A DNA stretch of 48,810 nt from a virus, in UHGV virus genome UHGV-1373739. One strand, written 5' to 3'. The position numbers and the translations under genes were made by a program. Below the pieces are notes generated by a model. That model saw only the letters and a program-made list of their open reading frames with translations. It searched no databases and was not told where the DNA came from. This document shows positions 9,474 through 19,701 of the stretch, in pieces (position 1 is the first letter of the stretch; each line of letters begins with the position of its first letter).

Positions 9474-9722
9474 GTGGATAAATTAGAACAGCTAAAATTC
9501 AATTTAAGGGAAAAACAAATTCCTTATTTTGAAGAATCGGAGTTACAGGCATTATTGGATAACAATGGTGGAGATGTGAACAAAGCGAGTTATGAAGGAT
9601 TGATTTTAAAAGCTGAAACAACAGGCTTGAATGTCAGTGGATTGACTACGCAGGATAGTTCTAGTTATTTCAAGATGTTGGCTTCCCGATATGTTTCCAC
9701 GAATAGTGGGGTGCTGACATAA
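9474..9722 (+). CDS. Hypothetical neck/connector protein (GTG start 9474 with AAAGGGGGG RBS; ORF-track start 9465)
   Basis: ORF in head-tail joining region. Confidence 0.45.
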   Translation: MDKLEQLKFNLREKQIPYFEESELQALLDNNGGDVNKASYEGLILKAETTGLNVSGLTTQDSSSYFKMLASRYVSTNSGVLT

Positions 9723-10105
9723 TGAATGAAGCAAGAATGAAAATGGAACTCCACAAGGTTTTAAGAGAGATACAGATGCATGGAACAGAGTATACATTCT
9801 TCCGAAAAAAGGTTGATAAGTATGGAGAGCCAACAAAAGAAGAACCAGAACAAATTGCAAATGTTAAAGGGTTGTTCCATGTATCAAAAGGATATATTAC
9901 ACAGAGCATGCAGGATGGAACAAAGACACACAGCAAAGGACAGCCAATGCTGATGGTTGCACATGAGAACATAGGAGAGATTAAGACGGAAGATTTTTTC
10001 GTCATAAATGGAAACAAATACAAGGTAGTAGAAAAGAACAACATACAAGAGTATAACATAGTAACAGACATTTCATTGGAGTTGGTGCTAGATGGCAGTA
10101 ATTAA
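9722..10105 (+). CDS. Head-tail adaptor/head closure protein (putative)
   Basis: Position and size (127 aa) in neck module; overlapping stop/start. Confidence 0.45.
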   Translation: MNEARMKMELHKVLREIQMHGTEYTFFRKKVDKYGEPTKEEPEQIANVKGLFHVSKGYITQSMQDGTKTHSKGQPMLMVAHENIGEIKTEDFFVINGNKYKVVEKNNIQEYNIVTDISLELVLDGSN

Positions 10106-10448
10106 GGTTAATGTTTCAAAGCTGTTAGAAAATCTGGAAAATGCAGAAACAAAGTCACAGGTTGCAATTCGTATGTTTGCACAAGAGGGTGCAAAGAAGT
10201 TTGAGAACTATGCGAAGAGGAATAGACCTTGGACAGACAGAACAGGTCATGCAAGACAAAGATTGACAGGGTGGGTGGAAGTGTTAGCAAACAAAGTACG
10301 AATCCACATTGGACATGGTGTTGATTATGGCGTATATTTAGAGTTATGCCATGAAAAGCGTTATGCGATTTTACAACAAACAATAAATGCATTATCCGAA
10401 GAAGTGTTGGAAGGGTACGAAGAATTAATGAGGTACATTAAACCATGA
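10092..10448 (+). CDS. HK97 gp10-like tail/neck component
   Basis: Sequence ..NRPWTDRTGHARQRLTGWVEVLANKVRIHIGHGVDYGVYLELCHEKRYA.. matches the HK97 gp10 family pattern. Confidence 0.55.
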   Translation: MAVIKVNVSKLLENLENAETKSQVAIRMFAQEGAKKFENYAKRNRPWTDRTGHARQRLTGWVEVLANKVRIHIGHGVDYGVYLELCHEKRYAILQQTINALSEEVLEGYEELMRYIKP

Positions 10449-10807
10449 GCAGTGTTTTAAAAACAATTCGTGATACACTAGAAAAGGATGGCACAACAGA
10501 TGTATTCTTTCCATCACAACACAAAGGGGAATGTCTGAAAGAATACATTGTTATAAAAGCAGATGGAGCAATAGAAGAAACAACGGTATCGAGTGAAAGA
10601 CCAATTTACACGTTGTTGTGTTATGTTCCACAGGATGAATACAGCAGATTAGAAACCCTTGTTGCAGAAACAAAACAGAAGATGAAGAAGGTGTTTCCCC
10701 TTGTAATGTACATAGGGAATGAAACACCTAGTTTCTATGATGATGATGTGAAAGGTCACATGATAAGTTTCCAGTATCAAGGGTGCAGAAAAATAGAAAA
10801 TTGGTAA
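10445..10807 (+). CDS. Tail completion / neck protein (putative)
   Basis: ATGA overlap with upstream gene, position before major tail protein. Confidence 0.45.
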   Translation: MSSVLKTIRDTLEKDGTTDVFFPSQHKGECLKEYIVIKADGAIEETTVSSERPIYTLLCYVPQDEYSRLETLVAETKQKMKKVFPLVMYIGNETPSFYDDDVKGHMISFQYQGCRKIENW

Positions 10808-10820
10808 GGAGGTAAAACAA

Positions 10821-11522
10821 ATGCCTAGAACAAAAAAGAAAGCGGTCGGGATTCCTACCATTGATGTTTCGCTTGTTGTTGTAAGAACAGGAACAGAAGA
10901 TGATGGGTTAGAAATCGCAGTTGACACAGCGAACAAAATTGGAGTAGAACCGCAGACAGAAACAACGGATGCTGTAAAGTTGGTAAAACTCGGCAGATTG
11001 TTAGCGCAGAAGCCTGCTGAAACAACAATTACAGGGCATCAGATTACATTAACAGATAATGTGTTTATTCCAGAACTTGTAAAGATTTTCCAAGGTGGAA
11101 CAATCGAAGGTGAAGGAGATACACTTGTTTATACACCGCCGGTTGCAGGAAGTTCAGAGAAAGGACAGGTATTTGAACTTGATTGTTATTCTGCGGAGTA
11201 TGATGCAAGTGGACAGATTGTGAAGTATGAGAAGATTACATATCCAAATTGTCAAGGAACGCCAATTACAATTAACACAGAAGATGGTGTGTTCCGACTT
11301 CCAGAGTATGTTATTAACTCAGCACCGAAAACAGGAGAAGCACCATATAGTATTTCTTATGTGAAAGCATTACCGTCTTTTCCTGATTCCTCTTCCGTAA
11401 ATACCGTAAGTGTGATGGCATTGTCAGACAGTGAAGGGGATAGAGCAACTGCTCTTATGAGTGGAGAAGCAGAAACAGGTCTGACGGAGAGTGAGAAAGT
11501 AACAGCAGTAAAAACAAAGTAG
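10821..11522 (+). CDS. Major tail protein
   Basis: 233 aa, strong RBS AAGGAGG, position directly upstream of G/T chaperones and tape measure. Confidence 0.6.
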   Translation: MPRTKKKAVGIPTIDVSLVVVRTGTEDDGLEIAVDTANKIGVEPQTETTDAVKLVKLGRLLAQKPAETTITGHQITLTDNVFIPELVKIFQGGTIEGEGDTLVYTPPVAGSSEKGQVFELDCYSAEYDASGQIVKYEKITYPNCQGTPITINTEDGVFRLPEYVINSAPKTGEAPYSISYVKALPSFPDSSSVNTVSVMALSDSEGDRATALMSGEAETGLTESEKVTAVKTK

Positions 11523-11549
11523 AACAAAGAGTAAAAGGAGAATAAAAAC

Positions 11550-11969
11550 ATGGCAGGAACGAGAACAAAAAAAGAAAAAGCAACAGTAACATCTATTGAT
11601 GAATTGAAGCAGTATTCAAGTGGAGCGGTGGTAGAGTTACCTTGTTTCGCAAAAGGTCAACCTTTTGTTGCGAGACTGAAAAGACCATCACTTCTTGGAA
11701 TGGTAAAACAGGGAAAGATACCAAACACATTGCTTGTTCGTGCAAATGAATTGTTTGTGCAGGATGGAACAGGGTTTGACCCAGATGAACAGGACATGAT
11801 GTCGCAGATGTTTGATGTGTTAGAGTTGTTGGCAAGGGAAACATTTGTTGAGCCAACATATACTGAAATCAAAGAAGCAGGAATTGAGTTGACGGATGAA
11901 CAGATGATGTTTATTTTCAACTATGCACAGCAGGGGGTAAAGGCATTAGAGTCCTTTCGTACAGAGTAG
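11550..11969 (+). CDS. Tail assembly chaperone (gpG-like)
   Basis: Position between major tail protein and tape measure; RBS AAAGGAG. Confidence 0.55.
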   Translation: MAGTRTKKEKATVTSIDELKQYSSGAVVELPCFAKGQPFVARLKRPSLLGMVKQGKIPNTLLVRANELFVQDGTGFDPDEQDMMSQMFDVLELLARETFVEPTYTEIKEAGIELTDEQMMFIFNYAQQGVKALESFRTE

Positions 11970-11991
11970 GAAAATAGAGAGCGTCCTCGCT

Positions 11992-12198
11992 ATGTCAAAG
12001 CAGTATGGCTGTCTGCCTAGTGTGATACTAGGGATAGAGGATAGTTATACTGCTTTTTGTTTTGACGAAGCATGTTGTGAGATTCTAGCGAGGTTGCAGA
12101 ACGATGAAAAACCTTATTATATAGAACAAAGAGAACAAGCGGAAGAACCAAAACATTACAGTAATTTCAAAGATTTTTACAAAGCGTATGGAGGGTAA
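11992..12198 (+). CDS. Tail assembly chaperone T-extension (gpT-like), probably expressed by frameshift from upstream gene
   Basis: No RBS; its frame (+1 relative to G) is open from 11950, overlapping the last 6 codons of G. Confidence 0.4.
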   Translation: MSKQYGCLPSVILGIEDSYTAFCFDEACCEILARLQNDEKPYYIEQREQAEEPKHYSNFKDFYKAYGG

Positions 12199-12200
12199 AT

Positions 12201-15200
12201 ATGGCGGTTAATATGGGAACTGCTATTGCATACCTTGAACTCGATACCTCAAAGTTTTCAAAGGGGTTTACTTCTGCTTATAATGATTTAAAGGTGTTCG
12301 GGGATAGGTCAGCAACAGCAGAACAAAAGCTAACTGGATTGTCGAGTGCCTTTAAAACAACAGGGGGTATGTTATCTAAAAGTGTAACATTACCCCTTGT
12401 TGGCGTTGGTGCGGCGGCAGTAAAAACAGCAACAGATTTTGAAGCAGGAATGTCAGAGGTCAAAGCGATTTCTGGTGCTACTGGTTCAGAGTTTGATGCT
12501 TTAAAAGAAAAAGCAATTGAAATGGGTGCTAAAACAAAGTTCTCTGCAAGCGATTCAGCGGATGCATTTAAGTACATGGCAATGGCTGGATGGGATGCTT
12601 CGGCTATGATGGATGGTATAGCAGGAGTCATGGATTTAGCGGCGGCTTCTGGGGAAGATTTAGCAACCACTTCCGATATTGTTACAGACGCATTAACAGC
12701 GTTTGGATTACAGGCAAGTGACTCAGCGCATTTTGCTGATGTTCTGGCACAGGCAAGCTCCAAGTCAAACACAAATGTTGGTTTGATGGGGGAAACATTT
12801 AAATATGTTGCACCAGTAGCAGGTGCGTTAGGATATAGCGTAGAAGATACGGCAGTTGCAATCGGATTGATGGCAAACAGCGGTATCAAAGGAAGTCAAG
12901 CAGGAACAGCGTTGCGCTCTACAATAACAAGGTTGGCAAAACCTGTTGGAGAAGCAAAGGATGCAGTAGAAGAGTTAGGAATCAGTATAACAAATGCTGA
13001 TGGAACAATGAAACCGTTGAGTCAAACAATGTTGGAATTGAGAGAGAAGTTCGCAGGATTGACGGAAGAACAAAAGGCACAGTATGCGGCTATGTTGGCA
13101 GGACAAGAGGGCATGTCTGGATTGTTGGCAATAGTAAATGCGTCTGATGAGGATTTCCAGAAACTAACAGACGAGATAAACAATGCGAATGGTGCGGCAC
13201 AAGATATGGCTGATATTATGATGAACAACACAGCAGGTGCAATAGAACAATTAAAAGGTGCATTAGAATCAGCAGGAATTATCATAGGAGAAAAACTTAC
13301 TCCATATATCAGACAGTTAGCAGAGTGGATAACAAGACTTGTGGAGAAGTTTAACAGCCTGTCAGAAGAAGAACAAGACCAGATTGTAAAGTTTGGATTG
13401 ATACTTGCCGCAATCGGTCCAGTGTTGTTAATTATGTCAAGAGTAATAAGTGTTGTTTCAATGTTTGCAAAAGCATTTGGTTTGATTAAAAATGTAGTAT
13501 ACCCAGCGTTTCTTGCAATAACACAATTAAAGGCAGGGATGACGGCGGCAGAGTTGGCAATGGAAGGATTTTCCAAAGAGTCTTTAGGAATTGCAAGTGT
13601 TTTATCTGGAATAACCGCACCAATATTGGCAGTTGTTGCAGTTGTGGCAGTACTTGTAGGTGCATTTGTTACGTTGTGGAAAACAAACGAAGATTTCCGT
13701 AACAGAATGACAGAAATCTGGAACAGCATTAAAACATCAATCGACAACTTTTTTGATGGGGTTGTGGAACGTATCAATGCGTTAGGGTTTGATTTTGAAA
13801 ACATAACAGAGGTAATCAAAGCCGCATGGATGGCATTGTGTAATATTCTAGCACCTGTGTTTGAAGGTGCATTTAATACAATCGCTATTGTTCTGGATGG
13901 AATTTTTAACCAAATACTTTCTGTAATGGACGTATTTATTGGTTTGTTTACAGGAAATTGGGAACAGGTTGCACAAGGAATCAAGGGCATTATTGGTGGG
14001 ATTGTTGAAACATTTGCAAGTCTAGGTGAAAACCTACTAAGTGCGATTGGAGATTTAGGTGCAACAATTCTGGAAAAGCTCGGATTAGAACAAGTGGCAG
14101 AAGGGTTTAGAAATTTCTTTGATACATTGGCTGAGTGGTTTGGACAGATACCAGAACTTATCGGAAGTGCGATTGAAGGAATTGTTACATTTTTTACAGA
14201 AACAATCCCAGAAGCGTTTAACAGTGCAGTTGAAACAATTATTGGCTTTGTAGATAGTATTATAGAGTTTTTTACAGTGACGATACCAGAAGCGTTTAGT
14301 ACATTTGTCAATGAAACAATACCAAACACAATACAAAGCATTGTTTCATGGTTTGAACAGTTACCTTACAAGATAGGTTATGCAATCGGAACAATTATAG
14401 GATTCTTCTACAATCTGGGTACAAGTATCTGGGAGTGGATAACAACAGAATTACCGTTGATTATTGAAGGCGTGATACAGTGGTTTGCACAGTTGCCGGG
14501 GCGCATCTGGGAGTGGCTTGTAAATGTTGTTACAAACATTATCTCATGGGGTGTAGAAATGTATAACAATGCAGTAACGGCGGCTTCAAACTTCTTAACG
14601 GCGGTTATAACATGGATTTCACAGTTGCCTAGTAGAATCTGGACATGGTTGACTACAACGGTTTCTAATGTTATCTCATGGGGTGCTAACATGATAGCAC
14701 AAGCAAGACAGACAGCAAGTAACTTCGTTTCAAGTTTTATCAGCTTCATTACAAGCCTGCCTAGCAAAGTCTGGGGAATCATTAGTCAGATACCTAGCAA
14801 GGTGCTGGCGATTGGTGGAAAGTTAAAACAGGCAGGTAAAGACATACTGAACAAACTTTGGGATGGCATCAAGAGTGTTGGAGATAGTGTACTCGGTTGG
14901 GTATCAGATTTTGCAGGAAAGATTGGTAGTTTTGTTTCTGGAATCGTCGATGGATTCAAAAACATTGTTTCTGGTGCTGATGACGCAAAATCAGCGGCTA
15001 AGTCTGTAGATGGTAAACACGCTGGCGGTCTGGATTATGTTCCGTATAATGGATATGTTGCGGAGTTGCATGAAGGCGAAAGGGTATTGACAAAACAACA
15101 GAACAGAGAGTATAATGAGGGTAGAACAGGACAAGGTGGAGACACATTTAATTTTTACAACACAAAACCGACACCTTATGAGTATGCAAGACAAATGAAG

Positions 15201-15233
15201 AAGGCAAAGAAAGAATTGCTTTATGGAATTTAG
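12201..15233 (+). CDS. Tail tape measure protein
   Basis: 1010 aa, hydrophobic segments, repeated RIWEW/RIWTW..ISWG motifs, Ala/Gly-rich N-terminus. Confidence 0.9.
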   Translation: MAVNMGTAIAYLELDTSKFSKGFTSAYNDLKVFGDRSATAEQKLTGLSSAFKTTGGMLSKSVTLPLVGVGAAAVKTATDFEAGMSEVKAISGATGSEFDALKEKAIEMGAKTKFSASDSADAFKYMAMAGWDASAMMDGIAGVMDLAAASGEDLATTSDIVTDALTAFGLQASDSAHFADVLAQASSKSNTNVGLMGETFKYVAPVAGALGYSVEDTAVAIGLMANSGIKGSQAGTALRSTITRLAKPVGEAKDAVEELGISITNADGTMKPLSQTMLELREKFAGLTEEQKAQYAAMLAGQEGMSGLLAIVNASDEDFQKLTDEINNANGAAQDMADIMMNNTAGAIEQLKGALESAGIIIGEKLTPYIRQLAEWITRLVEKFNSLSEEEQDQIVKFGLILAAIGPVLLIMSRVISVVSMFAKAFGLIKNVVYPAFLAITQLKAGMTAAELAMEGFSKESLGIASVLSGITAPILAVVAVVAVLVGAFVTLWKTNEDFRNRMTEIWNSIKTSIDNFFDGVVERINALGFDFENITEVIKAAWMALCNILAPVFEGAFNTIAIVLDGIFNQILSVMDVFIGLFTGNWEQVAQGIKGIIGGIVETFASLGENLLSAIGDLGATILEKLGLEQVAEGFRNFFDTLAEWFGQIPELIGSAIEGIVTFFTETIPEAFNSAVETIIGFVDSIIEFFTVTIPEAFSTFVNETIPNTIQSIVSWFEQLPYKIGYAIGTIIGFFYNLGTSIWEWITTELPLIIEGVIQWFAQLPGRIWEWLVNVVTNIISWGVEMYNNAVTAASNFLTAVITWISQLPSRIWTWLTTTVSNVISWGANMIAQARQTASNFVSSFISFITSLPSKVWGIISQIPSKVLAIGGKLKQAGKDILNKLWDGIKSVGDSVLGWVSDFAGKIGSFVSGIVDGFKNIVSGADDAKSAAKSVDGKHAGGLDYVPYNGYVAELHEGERVLTKQQNREYNEGRTGQGGDTFNFYNTKPTPYEYARQMKKAKKELLYGI

Positions 15234-15250
15234 GAAGGAGGAAACAATCG

Positions 15251-16201
15251 TTGATAAACAAAGTAAACATCTTGAACATTGTTACAAACAATAGTCTGGA
15301 ATTGGACAGAGCAGGGAACACGTTTGTATTGGACGAAATTGATTGGGATTCTCCTTCCGTATCAATGGAAACATACAGAGTTCCTTATCAAGTGGGAGAA
15401 ACATTAGCAGGTGTTATGGTAGGAACAAGAAAACCTACCATAACAGGCTACATTATAGCTGATATGTTGAAACAATCTCCATTGGGTATGACATGGACAG
15501 AATACTATGATTTACAGGAACAAATGATTGAAGAAAGCAAACTTGTGTTGGACAAAGTTATATCCATTTATCAAGATGTACAGATAATAGCAAATGGCTA
15601 TTATCTGGATGCAAGACCAACACAACCGCCAAAGTATTCAAACAAGGAAAAGGAAAACAACAAAGTCCTGTGTTATTTTGAATTAGAGTTTGAGTGTTAC
15701 AATAATCCTCTGTTCTACCAGAGTAGTAAAACAGTCAACCTTGCAACAATAATTGGAAAGTTCCATTTCCCTTTGGTGATACCAAGAACAGAAAAGTTGA
15801 TTTTTGGAGAAATCATGCGTAGACAATCTATGAGTATTGAAAACAATGGAGATGTAAATGCAGGTTGTGTAATCAAGATAAGTGCAAACGGTGGTTCGGT
15901 GAAAGACCCAAAAGTGTACAATGTGAACACGGGGGATTACATAGGATTTGAAAACGTAACATTGCAAGATGGCGATTACATTACAATTACAACAGATATT
16001 GGAGAAGAAAACGCAATCAAACATATAGCAGAAACAGCAGAAAATTTTTCTGTAGTGGGAAGTATTACACAGGGCAGTAAGTTCATACAGATACAACAAG
16101 GCAGTAGTTTTTATGCCTATGATGTGGGAGAGGAATACAGAAACAATATAGAAGTATCTGTTATGTTTACAGAAAAATATTTCAATGTGAGAGGTATGTA
16201 A
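15251..16201 (+). CDS. Distal tail protein (Dit)
   Basis: Immediately follows tape measure, ~316 aa; TTG start after AGGAGG. Confidence 0.55.
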   Translation: MINKVNILNIVTNNSLELDRAGNTFVLDEIDWDSPSVSMETYRVPYQVGETLAGVMVGTRKPTITGYIIADMLKQSPLGMTWTEYYDLQEQMIEESKLVLDKVISIYQDVQIIANGYYLDARPTQPPKYSNKEKENNKVLCYFELEFECYNNPLFYQSSKTVNLATIIGKFHFPLVIPRTEKLIFGEIMRRQSMSIENNGDVNAGCVIKISANGGSVKDPKVYNVNTGDYIGFENVTLQDGDYITITTDIGEENAIKHIAETAENFSVVGSITQGSKFIQIQQGSSFYAYDVGEEYRNNIEVSVMFTEKYFNVRGM

Positions 16202-16202
16202 C

Positions 16203-17915
16203 ATGATAGAGATTTTAGACGAGAATTTAAAGAAAGTTGATATATTGAGGAAATATACCTTTGCACAGTACAATGATAAGTTTCGAGAAGTTGGAACATT
16301 TAAAATCAATGCAAGAATTGTGCAGGAGAACCTGTACCTGTTGGACAAAACAAAAGAGTTCTATGTGTTGTTTGATGGCACAGTGTTTGGGAAGATAGAG
16401 AATGTAAAACGAGAAAGCGACAGTGAACATGAACAGACCATTGTGCTATCTGGAAGGCTTGGTTTGTTATTGTTTACCAAACGTGTAATTGCAGGAACAA
16501 TCAAATTCAAAGGAAACACAGCACAGTTTGTAAAGAATGTAATTTACAATGAGGTTGTGAAAAACCAGAGCAGTAAACGGTATGTGAATATAGATATACA
16601 ATATGATAACGAAACATATCTGACTTCTTTTTGTAGCCTGATTGACAAACAGGTAACAGGTGGGTATGTCTGGGATAGTGTACAATCTGTATTGGAACAG
16701 GACAAACTCGGTTTATATTTTGTGCCGATTGTGGAAACAGAACATATACCGAGTTGGGGAACAGAACCAACAAACATATCAAAGTGGAAGCTGACAATCA
16801 GCGCAGGAAAGGACAGAACGAAAGGAAATGCACAGGGGAATGTTCCCGTTGTATTTTCTCAAAGTTTGAGCAACATTGCAAGAACGGATTATGAACTTGA
16901 TACACAGAAGTATTGCAATGTAGCCTATGTTGCAGGAGAGGGAGAAGAAGAACAAAGAAAATGGTATGAAGTCTATGCAAAGGAAGAAACAATAAGAGGG
17001 GTTGAGGACAAAGCAGGTTGGCAACGAAACGAGTTGTGGATAGATGCGCGAGACATTCAGAGTACAGACGAAGAAGGAAATGAGATAACAGAAGCGGAGT
17101 ACGAAAAGTTAATCAAACAAAGGGCAGACGAGAAGTTTACAGACAATGCAGTGGAAGAATCTTACACAGCAACATTAACAGAAGCAAACAAACAATATAC
17201 CTATGGTGTAGACTATGCAATAGGCGACCTTGTAACAGTAATTGATGATGAATTAGGAATCAGCATTGATGTACAGATAACAGAGGTAACAAAGTCCATA
17301 GAGGGTGTCAGAGAAATTGTTGACATAGAATTTACTTATGGTAAAGTAAATCGTGACCCAGTGGAGCAGGTTGGGAATATTGGAAACAATATTGATAAGA
17401 ATAGCAATGACATAAAGTATCTTGAGAACAAATTTACAGAATTTAAGAATGATTTTTTGAAACAACCTTATATGTTCGCGATTACAGTTGCTAGATCAAA
17501 TTCACCTTACAATACAGAAGTAAATAATAACCCTACGAGAATTTATTTCCCAGCAGTGCTAGGTGACACGTCTATGGGGTTGTTAAAAAGTGATGGAATA
17601 GGTGTAGTGATAGGTAGCGGAGTAAAAATGGTGTCCGTAAGTGGATGCTTTTTTGTACAACATTATAGTAGTGCTGGGGATGATTCGTTCCCATATTTAT
17701 GGTTTAATGTTACAAGAGATAGAAACGGTGTTAAAAGTAATATGGCGACCTGCATACAGAACGTAAAATGGGGCGAATATAGCTCTATTTGTTTTGCCGA
17801 GATGTTAGTGCCTGTGAAAGAAGAAGATAGGTTAGATATATATAGCATTGATAAAACAAGATTTACGATTAGGAATGGTTCGTATAGTTATTTTACGGTA
17901 AAAGTGGTAAGGTAA
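16203..17915 (+). CDS. Tail-associated protein (Tal-like); C-terminal ~170 aa of distinct composition
   Basis: Follows Dit, 570 aa; abrupt codon-usage shift after ~17400. Confidence 0.55.
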   Translation: MIEILDENLKKVDILRKYTFAQYNDKFREVGTFKINARIVQENLYLLDKTKEFYVLFDGTVFGKIENVKRESDSEHEQTIVLSGRLGLLLFTKRVIAGTIKFKGNTAQFVKNVIYNEVVKNQSSKRYVNIDIQYDNETYLTSFCSLIDKQVTGGYVWDSVQSVLEQDKLGLYFVPIVETEHIPSWGTEPTNISKWKLTISAGKDRTKGNAQGNVPVVFSQSLSNIARTDYELDTQKYCNVAYVAGEGEEEQRKWYEVYAKEETIRGVEDKAGWQRNELWIDARDIQSTDEEGNEITEAEYEKLIKQRADEKFTDNAVEESYTATLTEANKQYTYGVDYAIGDLVTVIDDELGISIDVQITEVTKSIEGVREIVDIEFTYGKVNRDPVEQVGNIGNNIDKNSNDIKYLENKFTEFKNDFLKQPYMFAITVARSNSPYNTEVNNNPTRIYFPAVLGDTSMGLLKSDGIGVVIGSGVKMVSVSGCFFVQHYSSAGDDSFPYLWFNVTRDRNGVKSNMATCIQNVKWGEYSSICFAEMLVPVKEEDRLDIYSIDKTRFTIRNGSYSYFTVKVVR

Positions 17916-17917
17916 TA

Positions 17918-17946
17918 TTGACAATTAAGTTTTGTTGTGATATAAT
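17918..17946 (+). promoter_or_regulatory. Internal promoter (TTGACA 17918-17923, 17 nt, TGTGATATAAT) upstream of fibre gene
   Basis: Consensus hexamers with TG extension. Confidence 0.45.
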
Positions 17947-17974
17947 TATTAAAGTAAAGAAGGGAGGAAAAAAA

Positions 17975-18679
17975 GTGGCAGAACAAAGCGGATTTTTTAA
18001 TGCGTTGGAATTTAATGGAATGTATGACAGAACATATGATGCTTCTGATTTTGCAAACTATTTTGCAATGTTCATCGGAACAGGTGTATTTGTGAACCCA
18101 ACAAACAATTTACAGGTTGTTGCAAAATCTGGATTGACCGTAACCGTCAAAAAGGGAAATGCTTTTATAGACGGTTACTGGTATGAACTCACAGAGGACA
18201 AAGACATTACATTCAGTCCAAATGCAACAGGATATGAAACAAAGAATGTTGTTTGTTGTACTTTGAACAAAACAAACAGAACAATCATAGTGAATAAAAA
18301 AGAAGGTGTATCAAGTATCCTTCCTGTAAACAATGGAACAGTGCATGAGTTGGTGTTATCTGATATTGTGCTAGGTGTGGGAGTAAGCACCATAACAAAT
18401 GCAGTGATAACCGATAGACGAGCAGACAAAACATATTGTGGATTCGTAAAAGGAACAGTAGACCAGATAGACACTACAGATTTGTTCTTACAGTTTACAA
18501 CAGCGTTTACAGAATGGTTCGACAGTATCAAGGGGCAACTTGGAGAAGATGTTGCAGGAAACTTACAGAACCAGATAGACACTATAAAACAAGACATGAC
18601 AACAGTAAGGTATGGCGAAGACCCTCCGAATGATTCTGTGGGGAAAGACGGAGATGTTTACATACAGATTGTAGAATAG
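17975..18679 (+). CDS. Tail fibre/baseplate-like protein (GTG start with AGGGAGG RBS)
   Basis: ORF-track start 17918 overlaps the promoter; GTG 17975 has SD at 7 nt. Confidence 0.5.
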   Translation: MAEQSGFFNALEFNGMYDRTYDASDFANYFAMFIGTGVFVNPTNNLQVVAKSGLTVTVKKGNAFIDGYWYELTEDKDITFSPNATGYETKNVVCCTLNKTNRTIIVNKKEGVSSILPVNNGTVHELVLSDIVLGVGVSTITNAVITDRRADKTYCGFVKGTVDQIDTTDLFLQFTTAFTEWFDSIKGQLGEDVAGNLQNQIDTIKQDMTTVRYGEDPPNDSVGKDGDVYIQIVE

Positions 18680-18691
18680 GGGGTGCAGATA

Positions 18692-19687
18692 ATGGCAGCA
18701 CCTTCTGGTACACAATGGGGTAGTGTGTTCGGTTCTGGCTCTGGACAGGGCAGAATTGGATTATACATTACAAGTTCCAGTACACAAACACAAACAACAG
18801 TTACTATGCAAATATGGTTTTGGAGTAAGTACAGCATTTATGATTCAAGCAACACATTCCGTTACAGTTTTACAGGAACAGGAGTTATTAACATAGGAAG
18901 TCGAGACATTAACCATCCTGTATCTACTGGTAGTGGTTGGAGTACAAGTAACCAAACATACATTGGTACATATTTCAAAACATATAACAGAGGAACAAGT
19001 GCAACAAATATAAATTGTGTTGCTGATTTTTCTGGAATTGCAACCATAAACACAATCGGTTGGGTAGATAAAACCTATACGATTCCTGCACGAAACAGAT
19101 ATTCTATCACATACGATGCAAATGGTGGCACAGGCGCACCTGCAACACAGTATTACTATTATGGATACAACACCACATTGTCAACAAAGATACCTACCAG
19201 AACAGGGTACAGATTTCTGGGTTGGAGTTTGTCACGTACAGCAACTACTCCGTCTTATTCAGCAGGGCAAACATGGAGTGGAACAAATGCAAGTAATTAT
19301 GTTTTATATGCAGTTTGGGAAAGAATTGTATTGACAGTAACCTTTGATGCAGGCTATAATGGAGGTACAGTACAGGACGCAAATGAAATAGGTCTGACCT
19401 ACTTCTATGGAGATAGGATAGGAGAGTTACCGATTGCAGAGAAACGGAACTATAAATTTTTAGGTTGGAATACACAGGCAGATGGCAATGGAACAATGGT
19501 TTCCGATGGCACAGTTGTTGATATTTCAGTACGATTGTATGCAATCTTTGAATTACAGGCAAATTGTTATGTCCGAGTAAATGGAACATACAAAACGGGA
19601 ATGATGTACAAAAAAGTAAATGGAACATATAAAACAGGTGTTGTGAGTATTCGTGCAAATGGAACTTACAAAGAAACAAATATGTAA
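18692..19687 (+). CDS. Putative receptor-binding protein with two Listeria-Bacteroides (Flg_new/InlB B-repeat) repeats and a C-terminal 3x NGTYKTG tandem repeat
   Basis: YSITYDANGGTGAP..PTRTGYRFLGWS..VLYAVWE and LTVTFDAGYNGG..YKFLGWNTQADGNGT..LYAIFE match the Flg_new repeat pattern; DNA repeats at 19575-19672. Confidence 0.6.
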   Translation: MAAPSGTQWGSVFGSGSGQGRIGLYITSSSTQTQTTVTMQIWFWSKYSIYDSSNTFRYSFTGTGVINIGSRDINHPVSTGSGWSTSNQTYIGTYFKTYNRGTSATNINCVADFSGIATINTIGWVDKTYTIPARNRYSITYDANGGTGAPATQYYYYGYNTTLSTKIPTRTGYRFLGWSLSRTATTPSYSAGQTWSGTNASNYVLYAVWERIVLTVTFDAGYNGGTVQDANEIGLTYFYGDRIGELPIAEKRNYKFLGWNTQADGNGTMVSDGTVVDISVRLYAIFELQANCYVRVNGTYKTGMMYKKVNGTYKTGVVSIRANGTYKETNM

Positions 19688-19701
19688 AGGGGTGGTTGAA
19701 A

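Noticed and set aside
13022-14341. 439-aa minus-strand ORF (and other long minus-strand ORFs, e.g. 12278-12889, 15683-16348, 43575-44111)
   Set aside because: Antisense to well-supported + strand genes (tape measure and others). Low-complexity Ser/Leu/Phe/Ile-rich translation typical of the reverse complement of A-rich coding sequence. No RBS.
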